In this document: in pieces, positions 48,625-60,966 of the stretch | Layout of the letters: each line of letters begins with the position of its first letter | How positions within the stretch are numbered: the stretch's first letter is position 1 | NCBI RefSeq assembly: GCF_964213995.1 | Contig: NW_027591413.1 | Coordinates: 1-64,000, forward strand | Reading direction: 5' to 3' | Origin: Mustelus asterias | Taxonomy: Eukaryota | DNA length: 64,000 nucleotides | The notes under the pieces: model-generated | The model's input: only the letters and a program-made list of their open reading frames with translations | The model's database searches: none | Told to the model about the DNA's origin: nothing | Program-made: the position numbers and the translations under genes

Positions 48625-49562
48625 AAAGAACAAAGAACAGTACAGCACAGGAAACAGGCCCTTCGGTCCTCCAAGCCTGTGCCGCTCCTTGGTCCAACTG
48701 GACCAATCGTTTCTATCCCTCCATTCCCAGGCTGCTCATGTGACTATCCAGGGTAAGTCTTAAACGATGTCAGCGTGCCTGCCTCCACCACCCTACTTGG
48801 CAGCGCATTCCAGGCCCCCACCACCCTCTGTGTAAAAAACGTCCCTCTGATATCTGAGTTACACTTCGCCCCTCTCACCTTGAGCCCGTGACCCCTCGTG
48901 ATCGTCACCTCCGACCTGGGAAAAAGCTTCCCACTGTTCACCCTATCTATACCCTTCATAATCTTGTACACCTCTATTAGATCTCCCCTCATTCTCCATC
49001 TTTCCAGGGAGAACAACCCCAGTTTACCCAATCTCTCCTCATAGCTAAGACCCTCCATACCAGGCAACATCCTGGTAAACCTTCTCTGCACTCTCTCTAA
49101 CGCCTCCACGTCCTTCTGGTAGTGCGGCGACCAGAACTGGACGCAGTACTCCAAATGTGGCCTAACCAGCGTTCTATACAGCTGCATCATCAGACTCCAG
49201 CTTTTATATTCTATACCCCATGCTATAAAGGCAAGCATACCATATGCCTTCTTCACCACCTTCTCCACCTGTGTTGCCACCTTCAAAGATTTGTGGACTT
49301 GCACACCTAGGTCCCTCTGTGTTTCTATACTCCTGATGACTCTGCCATTTATTGTATAACTCCTCCCTACATTATTTCTTCCAAAATTAATCACTTCGCA
49401 TTTATCCGGATTAAACTCCATCTGCCACCTCTCCGCCCAATTTTCCAGCCTATCTATATCCTGCTGTATTGCCCGACAATGCTCTTCGCTATCCGCAAGT
49501 CCAGCCATCTTTGTGTCATCCGCAAACTTGCTGATTACACCTTCTTCCAAATCATTTATACA
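48625..49562 (-). mobile_element. CR1 LINE 3' fragment, relatively young
   Basis: ORF 48744-49583: SKFADDTK..LYRTLVRPHLEYCVQFWSPHY; (CTTTGTT) tail. Confidence 0.93.
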
Positions 49563-50246
49563 TTCAAAGAACAACGTGAGCATCGACCTGTTATAAACCT
49601 TACTGCTGTAAATCTGTTGAACAACATCAGCTGATCACAGTTCGGCGTTCGTCACGCTGGAAGCTCGTGTGGAAATATAAATAATTTTAAAGCTTAATAG
49701 CGTGCATAGGACAGAAAGATGAGTGTCACTGTGGGTAATTGACACTGTGCTCATTCCTGTCATGAATATCTGGGAGAATCAGGAAGATGAGATTCTGATA
49801 GTCAAGTGGTTAGAAATCTGAGTTTTCAGGGTCACGGCTTCGATATACTAAGATTTAATCTTTTTGAGAATCCGTTTAACAAACCTGATCGAAAACAGCG
49901 CTGTCACAATCAGTGGAATGAGCTTTCTCGATTTCTATCCGTATTGGAAAGGTCGTATGGGCAATAGGCCAAGAATAAACACAGATAGTGAAGTTGAACA
50001 ATAGGCTGCAAAGAGCTGATGGTAAAGATTGTGACACAAGATGAAATCTGTGTGGCAATGGGGTTGGTTTTATTATTTCCACTGACACAGATATCTCCAA
50101 GATCTGGATCCAAATTTTGGTCAAATTAAAAGGTAATGTCTCGCTGAATTAAACACTAAACTCTTGTTTTATACAAAACAGAATTACGTTAGATTATATC
50201 CAGCACTCGCTGACACTCTCATATAGTGTCGGCTCAGTTTATGCCA

Positions 50247-50320
50247 GTCTGTTAAGCGCAATTGGTCAGCGCATTCGACTATTAACAGATAGGTTGGTGG
50301 TTCGACACCAATCCACCAAC
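50247..50320 (+). pseudogene. tRNA-Asn pseudogene
   Basis: GCGCAATTGGTCAGCGCATTCGACTATTAACAGATAGGTTGGTGGTTCGACACC; 3' flank paralogous to the flank of 16901-16974. Confidence 0.75.
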
Positions 50321-51579
50321 AGTTTTCTATTTTTCCCCATCAGCACTCATTGTGACAGAGTGCCTGGGACCGTGGGCAAAATGAAAAATATTTCTCAAGT
50401 GTTGTCGTCTCTACTGTTATCCGTTGTCACCAACATTATTTATGTAATAAATATTAATTCCATACATAATACATGCATCAATATATTTATTTCAAATATG
50501 TTAAGAAAGTTAAGAATTAGAATCTAATAAGAGTCATGTCTGTAAGTGCTCTTGTGTCAATTCGCCGAGGGGTGCTCATCTTGAGACTGGTTTAGATTTC
50601 CCGACCAGTGCAAACAATGTCTCGGTATTCAGCAGGATTCAATGAGATATCCTCTCACTTTTTTTTAGCTTCAGGTAATTTCAGCGCAGTTTACACAAAC
50701 TCTCATCCCAGGAGAACTCTCTCATCCCAGAGACTAATCTGGTGAACATTTAGTGCACTGTTTCCAGTGCAATGCTATTCTTTTGTAAATGTGGATATCA
50801 AAATTGCACACACTGTGCCACATGTGGCCCCAGTGAAACCCCATAAAACTGTAGCAAGTTTTTTTCTTATTCCTGTATTCCAATCTGTTTGCATGAAAGA
50901 CCAAACTTCCATTTGCCTTCCTAATTATCGGCTGCACCTGCACTCTAATGTCCCGCGTTCCTTTTACAAAAGCACCCAAGTCATTTTGAACATCAACACT
51001 GAGAAATCAGCTCACATTTTCAAACATGCTTTGCTCTTTCCTCGCTTACCAACAAGAAAACATCTTGTCACTTTCCAACATTACACCCAATCTCCTCTAC
51101 CCACTGAGCTATGGAGCCAATTGCTGGGTTCAGCACGGAGTTAGTGTATCATCATCAGCGGAACGAGGAACAGGCTGGATTTTCAGGTGGGTGATATCTG
51201 ACGGATGTGGAAATGTCTGAATGGGGAAGGACGAGATCGATGTGACTTGAAAGAGACAGAATTTGACATGTGTCAGTTCCTTTTGTGATAAATGTCTGCC
51301 GTGTGTCTGCTGTGTGATTCTTCTTCAGAGTTCATTGCTGATGTTTCATCTCTGACTTTTCCAGTCTGATACAAGTTCAATCAGCTGAAAGATCAACGTT
51401 GTTTCTCCCTGAACAGACACTGTGAGGCGTATTTTGATTTAATGAAGAATTAGATAAGAAGTTATTCACTCCGTGGCGTCGAATCCTGACCATGAGACTT
51501 CCAGAATAGATATCAGGAATTTTTAATTCGCTGGTCACCCTCTCTGTTTCTGTTGCATCATTTCAGATCACTTTCACTC

Positions 51580-54146
51580 CAGACCCCACTAATCCCCTGA
51601 CATACTGACTCCAGAACCCACTAATCAACAGAGCACCGTTACCCAGGTCTTATCCCGGTACCCTGACATACTGACCCCACTAATCAACAGAGCACCTTTA
51701 CCCAGGCCCTATCCCTGCACCCTGAAATACTGACCCCACTAATCAGAGCATCGTTTCCCAGGCCCTAGTCCTGTACCCTGACATACTGACCCCACTGGCC
51801 AATAGAGCACCTTTCCCCAGACCTGACCCCTGTCCCCTGTCATACTGACCTCACGAATGAACAGAGCACCTTTTCCCAGGTCCTATCCCGCTACCCTGAC
51901 ATACTGACAGCACCCATCTGCAGAGTACATGTACGCAGGCCCTATCCCTGTACCCTGACAGACTGACCCCACGAATAAACAGAGCACGTTTACCCAGGCC
52001 CTATCCTTGTACCCTGGCATACTGACCCCAATAATGAACAGAAAACCTTGACCCAGGCCCTATCCCTGTCCCCTGAGATACTGACCCCACTAATCAACAG
52101 AACACTTTTACCCAGTCACTATTCCTCTTGCCTGACATACTAACCCCACTAATCAACAGAGCACCTTTCCCCAGGCCGTATCCCTGTGCCCTGACATACT
52201 GACCCCCACTAATCAACAGAGCACTTTTACCCAGGCCCTTCACTGTACCCTGACATACAGACCCCACTAATCAGAGCAACATTCCCCAGCCCCTATCGCT
52301 GTGCCCTGACATACTGACCCCACTAATCAATAGAGCACTTTTACCCAGGCCCTATCACTGTACCCTGACATACAGAACCCACGAATCAGAGCAACATTCC
52401 CCAGGCCCTATCGCTGGGCCCTGACATACTGAACCCATTAATCAACAGAGTACCATTACCCAGGCCCGATCCCTGTACCCTGACATACTGACCCTACTAA
52501 TCAACAGAACACCTTTACCCAGGCCCTATCCCTGTCCCCTGACATACTGACCCCACTGATCAGAGCAACATTCCCCTGGCCCTATCCCTGTGCCATGACG
52601 GACAGACCCCACTAATCAACAGAGCACCTTTACCCACGCCCAATCCCTAGACACTGACATACTGACCCCACTAATCAGAACACCTTCACCCAGGCCCGAT
52701 CCCTGTACCGTGACATACTGACTCCACTAATCAGAGCAATATTCCCCAGGCCCTATCCCTGTACCCTGACATACTGACCCCACTAATCAACACAGCCCTT
52801 TTACCCAGGCCCTATCCGTGTGCCCTGACATACTGACTCGACTGATCAAAAGAGCACCATGACCCACGCCCTATCCCTGTCCCCTGACATATTGACCTCA
52901 CGCACGAACAGAACACCTTTTCCCAGGTCCGATCCCTGCACCCTGACATACTGACACCACCCATTAGCAGAGTATCTTTACGCAGGCCCTATCCCTGTAC
53001 CCTTGAATACTGACCCCAATAATCAACAGAAAACTTTTCCCCAGGCCGTATCCTTGTGTCCTGACATACTGAACCCCATGAATCAACAGAGCACCTTTGC
53101 CCAGGCCCGATCCCTGTGCCCTGATATACTGACCCCGCTAATCAACAGAGCACTTTTACCCAGACCCTATCCCTTTGTCCTGACATAGTGAACCCATGAA
53201 TCAACAGAGCATCTTTACCCAGGCCCTATCCCTGTACCCTGACATACTGACCCCACTAATCAACAGAGCACCTTTACCCAGGCCCAATCCCTGTACCCCA
53301 ACATACTGACCCCAATAATCAACAGAGCACCTTTACCCAGGCCCAATCGCTGTACCCCAACATACTGACCCCAATAATCAAAAGAGCACCTTTACCCAGG
53401 CCTTATCCCTGTACCCTGACACACTGACCCCACTAATCAACAGAGTACCTTTACCCAGGCCCGATCCCTGTGTCCTGACATACTGACCCCACTAATTGGA
53501 GCACCTTTACCCAGGCCCTATCCCTAACCCCTGACATACTGACCCCACTAATCAGAGCAGCATTCCCCACACCCTATTCCTGTACCCTGACAGACTGACC
53601 CCACTAATCAACAGAGCACCTTAACGCAGGCCCTATCCCTGTACCCTGACATACTGACCCAACTAATCAATAGAGCACCTTTACCCTGGCCCTATCCCTG
53701 TGCCCTTACATACTGACCCCACTAATCTGAGCAACATTCCCCATACCCTATTCCTGTCCCCTGACAGACTGACCCCACTAATCAACAGAGCACCTTTACC
53801 CAGGCCCTATCCCTGTACCCTGACACACTGACCCATTAATCAACAGAGCGCCTTTACCCGGGCCCTATCACTGTACCACTAAATACTGACACCACCCATC
53901 AGCAGAGTATGTTTTCCCAGGCCCGATCCCTATACCCTGACATACTGACCCCACAAATCAACGGAGCACCTTTCTGCAGGCCCTATCCCTGAGCCCTGGT
54001 ATACTGACCCCACCACTCAACAGAATATATTTTCCCATGCCCTATCCCTGTACCCTGACATACTGACCCCACTACTCAACAGAGTACATTTACCCAGTCC
54101 CTATCCCTGTGTCCTGACATACTGACCCCACTTATCAGAGCACCTT
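51580..54146. repeat. Satellite array, ~56-60-bp unit, roughly 43 copies
   Basis: Consensus GACATACTGACCCCACTAATCAACAGAGCACCTTTACCCAGGCCCTATCCCTGTACCCT. Confidence 0.97.
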
Positions 54147-54726
54147 TGTGGATGTGGGTATAGGTGTAGTGATGCTTGGATAGTGATGTCTTCCTTGATT
54201 GTAGAAACTATTAATAATCTAATGCTTACAGTATTATAGTCTAAGTGAGTATAAACTATTGCCTGGCTCCTGGCGGTTGGGTGAGGTCATGTGATGGTAT
54301 AGCCTTGTTCTGCAGAAAACTGCCTGCTGAGATAAGCGGAATGCAGCTGCGATCACTTGTTATCACACAAGTGTTCTGTGTGGCAGCATATGTGCACAGA
54401 ATGTGACTGGCCAGTGAAGGTCAGCACGAGGAGTGCATGAAGGATTATTATCCTTTGATTGGTAACGAGTATATTGGGGCTATAGCTGGTAGGCTATCGG
54501 GTCGCTTGCACGCGTTAGAAAAAAAGTATTTGCATTGTACCAAAACAAAGAAGTGTGTTCAGTCTCCCCTGAGGACTGCAGGCTTTGTTAGCCTGCATCA
54601 TTAAGGAAGACTGACCCGATGTCGTAACATAATGAACAAAATGAAATAATGAGGTTGATTAAAGATCTGGAGTTGAATCGATTTGTTGTCGAACCAAGCT
54701 GGATAGAGTGTAAATTGAGATTATCA
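54147..54726 (+). repeat. 5' LTR (580 bp)
   Basis: TGTGGATGTGG..GAGATTATCA, direct repeat of 59360-59842. Confidence 0.95.
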
Positions 54727-54728
54727 TT

Positions 54729-54746
54729 TGGTGTCAGAAGTGGGAT
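54729..54746 (+). promoter_or_regulatory. Primer-binding site complementary to tRNA-Leu (CAG/CAA type)
   Basis: TGGTGTCAGAAGTGGGAT is the reverse complement of ATCCCACTTCTGACA-CCA, 2 nt after the LTR. Confidence 0.9.
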
Positions 54747-55157
54747 TCCAACGGTCGGCAGACGACAGAAAACGGCGTTAGACTGAGCAGCACCGAGTCC
54801 GGGACTGAGGAATTGGCCACCCAAGTGCGTGAGTACCGTTGATACAATCACTTGGTTTTCCTCTGCCCTGTCATTCTGGTGTTTGTTGACCTTTCGTTTG
54901 TTGTCGCCAGCCGCCCCGACGGAATAGCCTGTGATTTCATCAGCTTGTGCAACTCCAGGTCGGTTGTTATTGGGTCAATGTGAAAACGGTGAGGTATAAA
55001 ATAAGTAGTCAGTGAATAAATGAGCAGAACCGTAATTCACTGAGGGTCGCCGTTGATCGGCGAGGGTCACCAGGGAACTGGTGAGGTGGTGATAGAATTG
55101 TTAGAGCACGAATTGAATTTACCGGGGTATTGAGTGAATACAACAGTTTGTTTTAAA

Positions 55158-55919
55158 ATGGGGAACTACTTGGATACAACCAATCAGACAAATTCAACCT
55201 TACAAATGCTTTGCGAGAAATATCCGGATAAAGCCACCAAATTGAGACAATTGTCGGGGGCATTGACCCATAAATTAGGGACATCCGAATGGCCCCCAGG
55301 AGGGACCAAAAATATCCAACTTGTTAAAGCTGCGCAGCAACAAATTTGGCGAAAGAATACGGGGAGGAAGACGAAGGAACTTATAGGGTTATGGTTGCAA
55401 CGTTGTCTGGAGTTAAAGGAGCAGAGTCTCCTAACCAGTTGGCAGGACAGTGCTGTTAAGTTGGGAATAGAATTAATGGAGGGAGGGGCTCTGAAACCGG
55501 TTGAGGTGTTGAAAAGGGAATGCTTACGTAAGAAACGTTCTCTCAAGGATTGTGAGGCTTCTGAGATAGAGAACATGATGGATGGCATTAAGGTCACTGA
55601 TAATGATACAGGTGAGGATTTACACCATTGGATGACGCGGGCAACTACACCTCTTCTGCCTCACCCGCCTCAAGAGCAGCCCTTAGCTGAACCACCCCCG
55701 GCGGCATCTATTGCGGACGCCGATACACGGGAAGAGATCCCTGGTCCAACTGCCCCTTCTCCTGAGGGTAAAACTGCGCCTCCCCTGTACCAGGGACAAC
55801 ACTTGACCCTGTACCCCCCTCTCCCTGGCATGTTAGGTTCGCAGACCCCAATTGTAATTAAGGTCACCAGTCTCAGTCCCAACTGTCCCAGCCCCAACGC
55901 CCAACGCCCAACAAACTGA
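55158..55919 (+). pseudogene. gag: ERV gag N-terminus (matrix + late-domain region), truncated
   Basis: MGNY myristoylation-type start, WPPGGT matrix motif, PTAP and LYPPL late-domain motifs; no capsid or nucleocapsid. Confidence 0.8.
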
Positions 55920-57839
55920 CCATTCACATAGTGGCAGCACTGTTAGGCCAGTTACAGACTCAACATCTGACTGCGGCTAGACAGAACCGATATGAGATTT
56001 ATTTGCTTAATAATCCTCAGCTTACCTTTAAGCATTGCACTGTTATTAATCCAGCTAATTTCCTGACCCACGCGCCCCACCCCCCCCCCCCCCCCCCCAC
56101 CCCAGGTTGCTGATTCCCCTCCACATGACTGCTCCGTCCTTCTTAGGGAAGATACCACTGTGCACCCCGATCTCTCTGATATTCCCCTGACGAACCCCGA
56201 CCTCATTATGTTCACCGATGGCAGTGCCTCCATTGATGAGAGAGGCCATCGGCTCTCAGGGTACACTATTGTGAATGACCAGGGGGTTACTTTGGAGTCA
56301 GCAGCTTTTGAGACCCCTTTCTCAGCTCAGCAAGCCGAACTGTTTGCCCTCATCAGAGCTTGTGTTCTGGGTCGGAGTTTGAATGTTAACATTTACACGA
56401 TCTCCCAATATGCCTTTGGAGTTGTCCATGACTTTGGACAACTATGGAGGAATAGAGGATTCCTTACATCATCCGGCGCCCCTATTTCACACAAACAACT
56501 GGTGTCTGACTTACTACAGGCCCTTCTTCTGCCTGAACGCATTGCAGTGATTAAGTGCGCCGCCCATACCGCTGGTAAAGACCCTGTCACTTTAGGTAAT
56601 CATAGGGCAGATGAGGCGGCCAAATTGGTTTCTAAAACTTGTCAGATGATTGTGCCCCGAATGATGAGGCGGGGGAAAAGCCCGGACGCGGATGGCCCTG
56701 CCTCTGAGAAACCTATGCCAACCATCTATGTTCTCAGATTGCACCAGGAAGCCTTGCCTCGTGATAAAGATTTATGGAATGCATTGGGCTGTAGGGTGGA
56801 CCCAGAATCCGGAGTCTGGATCACCCCTGCTAACCAAACCTGTATGTCTGATACTTTGGCTCTCTGGGTAATTGATTGTGTACACTTTGCAACTCACTGT
56901 GGTGCAAGGTCTCTTAGGGATTGACTCCTCACTTCCTGGTGGCATCCTCGCCTACAAGACATTGCACAAAGTCTAAGCCTCCGCTGTTTGATATGCCAAC
57001 AGCATAATCCGGGCAAGAGTGCGCCCTGTGATCTGGGTAAGACTCCCCTGCCGGCAGGCCCCTTCGAGACCCTGCAGATGGACTTCATGAAGTTGCAGAG
57101 ATGTCAGGGGTATAAATATGTCTTAGTAATCGTGGATGTCTTGAGTAAGTGGATTGAAGCGTATCGTACATCGGATAAGAAAGCAACAACTGTCGTCAGG
57201 ATTTTACTGCGCGAAATTGTGCCTCGATTTGTCGTCCCGACCTGCCTGAGTTCTGACAATGGCCCACATTTTATTGCATCGGTCAATAAGGAGCTGTGCG
57301 CCCAGCTGAATATTCGCCAACGACTCCATTGTGCTCACCATCCCCAGGCTTCTGGTGTAGTTGAACGCTCCAATCAAACGCTCAAAACCAAGCTGGCTAA
57401 ACATGTAGAAACTTCAGGTCTGTCTTGGGACAGACTGCTCGCTGTAGCTTTATTTCAAATACGAACTAACCCTGCAGGACGGCCCCATCTCTCGCCCGCG
57501 GATGTCTTGTATGGTCGACCCCTGCGGAACCGTTGGAATGATGGCTCAAAGACGCCCGTTCATTTCCATCATATGACGGATGAAATTACCTCATATATCC
57601 TCTCTCTTACTCACTCCTTGCGCCACGTCCACTCGCAAGTCCGGCCTGCTTACGGTAAATCACCTACCTTATCCAATCCCACTAATGTAAAACCGGGCTC
57701 ATTTGTCCTCATCAAAAATTGGACTCGCAAGCATTTGGAGCCACGGTGGGAGGGCCCCTCCAAGTCTTGTGAACCACCCCTACACCGGCTCAGGTGGCGG
57801 GACGCGATGCTTGGGTCCACCTCCACCACTGTAAATTGA
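55920..57839 (+). pseudogene. pol: ERV pol 3' half (connection, RNase H, integrase), frameshifted
   Basis: HLTAARQNRYE..INPANFL; FTDGSA..SAQQAELFAL..GNHRADEAAK; HFATH..CLICQQHN; LQMDF..SSDNGPHF..PQASGVVER; LEPRWEGP. Confidence 0.92.
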
Positions 57840-57930
57840 TCGGGCAAGCCGATCCCAAAAAGGGGGGAATTGAGGATGGCAGGGACGAGGATTTTACGGG
57901 TGATTAGTATGAGAGGCGGTACTGGGTGAC

Positions 57931-59299
57931 ATGTTCTTTACTCTGTGGTTGTTGTGCTTGTCGTTATGTTTTTGTCCCCTCCAGCTGGTGATCAAGTGTG
58001 GACAAACCAGCATGCAATCGGCAAAAATACTCTTGGGGCTCATCAGCTTGGTTTTCTGTGTTGTAAGAAGGGAGGGGTTGTGGATGCTCCACAGTTTAGG
58101 TGTGCCAGGATCACCCCTGCCTGAGTAAGCATTGCCATCAGCATAAATGTGGTACGAAGCTCAGAGAAATGAGGTAATCTGCAAGTGTTTGCATTCTACC
58201 TGTAGAGAATTGGACAAAGGGGAACATCTAATTTGTGGCCATATGAATGGCACCCACCTTCATGCTTACAGGAGGAACTTTTCGATAGTACTGATTAATG
58301 CAGAAGGAAGAGGGTCGGCACCAGCATGTACAGGTTCCGGATCCCAGAATTTTGGAAACCGATAATACCTATTACCGGGTTCGAGCCGACAGGACATCGC
58401 AAAAGTGTTCAGAGACCATGTACACTGAAACAGGGTATTTCTTCTTTTTCAATGGTACGGCCACCAATTATTTGTCCTACCCTTACCCCCAGGCAGTGGC
58501 AATAGGGGCCATACTTCCCAGCATGGTTTCTTGTCCGAGCCATTGGGGGCCCTCACGTCATCACCATAGAAGTCCAGAGCGGGAGTTATCGGGGGGTTTT
58601 TGCGCTGCCGACAAGAAAATAACTGCCCTCACTCCTGGTCAGGCTGCTGGCTATGGAGCGGCGGGTTTCTTTTCCTTTGGAGCCGTCCCAGGGCGAATGG
58701 CTGCAGATAATCGTAATTACATTGCTTGCGGCCTTACCACCTTGCGGAACGCTACAAAAGGGGTCCTCCGGGTCATTACCGCCCAACTAGAGAAACTCAG
58801 TCTGTATGCCCAGCAGAATAGATATGCCTTGGATTACGTGCTGGCTCGACAAGGAGGCCTGTGTGCCATAATGAAGGATCACTGCATACTGGGACGAGAT
58901 GCGGTCACTACTATTCTCACTAATTATCTGAACAAAATTGACCAGCAACTAGGGTCTATTAGAGAGGGCAAGGGATTAGGGGAATGGGAACTGTCAGGAT
59001 GGCTTGGTTGGTTCAGGAAAGTGGGGTTACATGCCATATTCTTGGCTCTGTGTATAAGTACTGGAATTGGCATTGTAAAGGGTCTCATCACATGGGTGAT
59101 GACCAGCTTGGAATCGATAGGGTCACGAACGACTCAACCGATGATGTTCTCCATGAGTGAGGAGGAAGAGGACAAGGAATACAAACCCATACTGGACGGC
59201 AAGGTGCTGGAGGAAACCCGGCGAGAAGTGGAGGCAGAATTGTATGCGGAGGATGAGAGATATAAAGTAATATTGGACTTGATGAAAATACAATTGTAA
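57931..59299 (+). pseudogene. env: ERV env: disrupted SU 5' part, open 333-aa 3' ORF including TM
   Basis: Signal-like MFFTLWLLCLSLCF; fusion-peptide-like GAAGFFSFG; immunosuppressive domain QQNRYALDYVLARQGGLC-X6-C; membrane anchor AIFLALCISTGIGIV. Confidence 0.88.
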
Positions 59300-59359
59300 C
59301 CTGAATTGAACAAGCCACGACAATGTCAATGGTTATCACAGAGTAATAAAACGGAGGAA

Positions 59360-59842
59360 TGTGGATGTGGATATATGTGTAGTGATACTTGGATCGTGAT
59401 GTCTTCCTTGATTGTAGAAACTATTAATAATCTAATGCTTACAGTATTATAGTATAAGTGAGTATAAACCATTGCCTGCCTCCTGGCGGTTGGGTGAGGT
59501 CATGTGATGGTATGGCCTTCTTCTGCAGAAAACTGACTGCTAAGATAAGCGGAATGCAGCTGCGATCACTTGTTATCACACAAATGTTCTGTGTTGCAGC
59601 ATACGTGCACAGAATGTGACTGGCCAGTGAAGGTCAGCACGAGGAGTGCACGAAGTATTATTATCCTTTGATTGGTAACGAGTATATTGGGGCTATAGCT
59701 GGTAGGCTTTGTTAGCCTGCATCATTACGGAAGACTGACCCGACATAATGAACTAAATGAAATAAAGAGGTTAATTAAACATCTGGAGTTGAATCGATTT
59801 GTTGTCGAACCAAGCTGGATAGAGTGTAAATTGAGATTATCA
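59360..59842 (+). repeat. 3' LTR (483 bp) preceded by PPT AAAACGGAGGAA
   Basis: Copy of the 5' LTR lacking 89-bp and 8-bp segments; AATAAA at 59761. Confidence 0.95.
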
Positions 59843-60966
59843 GGTTCAGTCGCTAGGTATACATGGAGAGGTAATATATTGGATTAGACGTTGGCTCAAT
59901 GGAAGAAACCAGACAGTGGTGGTGGAGCATTGCTTGTCTGAGTGGAGGCCTGTGACTAGTGGTGTGCCACAGTGATCAGTGCTGGGTCCATTGTTGTTTG
60001 TCACCTACATCAATGATCTGGATGACAATGTGGTAAATTGGAGCAGAAAATTTGCCGATGATACAAAGTTTGGACGTGAAGTGGACAGTGAGGAAGGTTT
60101 TCAAAGCTTGCAGAGGGATTTGGACCAGCTAGAAAAATGTGCTGAAAAATGACAGATGGAGATTAATGCAGACAAGTGTGAGGTATTGCACTTTGGAAGG
60201 ACAAAGCAAGGTAGAACATACAAGGTAAATGGTAGGACACTGAAGAGTGCAGTAGAACAGAGGGATCTGGGAAAACAGATACATAATTTCCTTAAAGTGG
60301 CGTCACAGGTAGATTGGGTCGCAAAGAGTGTTTTTGGTACGTTGGCCTTTATAAATCAAAGTATTGAGTATAGGAGTGGAATGTTATGGTGAGGTTGTAT
60401 AAGACATTGGTGAGGCCGAATTTGGAGTATTGTGTGCAGTTTTGGTCACCTAATTACAGGAAGGATATTAATAAGGTTGAAACAGTGCAGAGAAGGTTTA
60501 CAAGGATGTTGCCGGGACTTGAGGAACTGAGTTACAGAGAAAGGTTGAATAGGTTAGGACTTTATGACCTGGGGTGTCGAAGAATGAGGGGAGATTTGAC
60601 AGAGGTGTATAAAATGATGATGATATCGATAGAGTGGATGCAAGCAGGCTTTTTCCACTGAGGCGAGGGAAGAAAAAAACTAGAGGACATGGGTTAAGGG
60701 TGAAGGGGGAAAAGTTTAAAGGGAATATTAGGGGGGCTTCTTCTCACAGAGAGTGGTGGGAGTGTGGAATGAGCTGCCAGATGAGGTGGTAAATGCGGGC
60801 TCAATTTTAACTTTTTAAGAAAAAGTTGGACATGTACATGGATGAGAGGGGTGTGGAGAGATATGGTCCAGGTGCAGGTCAGTGGGACTAGGCAGAAAAA
60901 TGCTTCGGCACAGCCAAGAATGGCCAAAAGGCCTGTTTCAGTGCTGTAATGTTCTATGGTTCTATG
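59843..60966 (+). mobile_element. CR1 LINE RT/3' fragment starting exactly at the LTR end
   Basis: VQSLGIHGEVIYWIRRWL.., FADDTK, LYKTLVRPNLEYCVQFWSP; TGTTCTATGGTTCTA tail. Confidence 0.92.

Larger units (their letters stand above)
54147..59842 (+). mobile_element. Class I (gamma/epsilon-like) endogenous retrovirus, internally deleted
   Basis: Two TG..CA LTRs, tRNA-Leu PBS, gag MA region, RT connection/RNase H/integrase, env, PPT. Confidence 0.96.

Noticed and set aside
51580-54146. CRISPR-like regular array
   Set aside because: Units are contiguous with no unique spacers, there are no cas genes, and the DNA is vertebrate; it is a satellite
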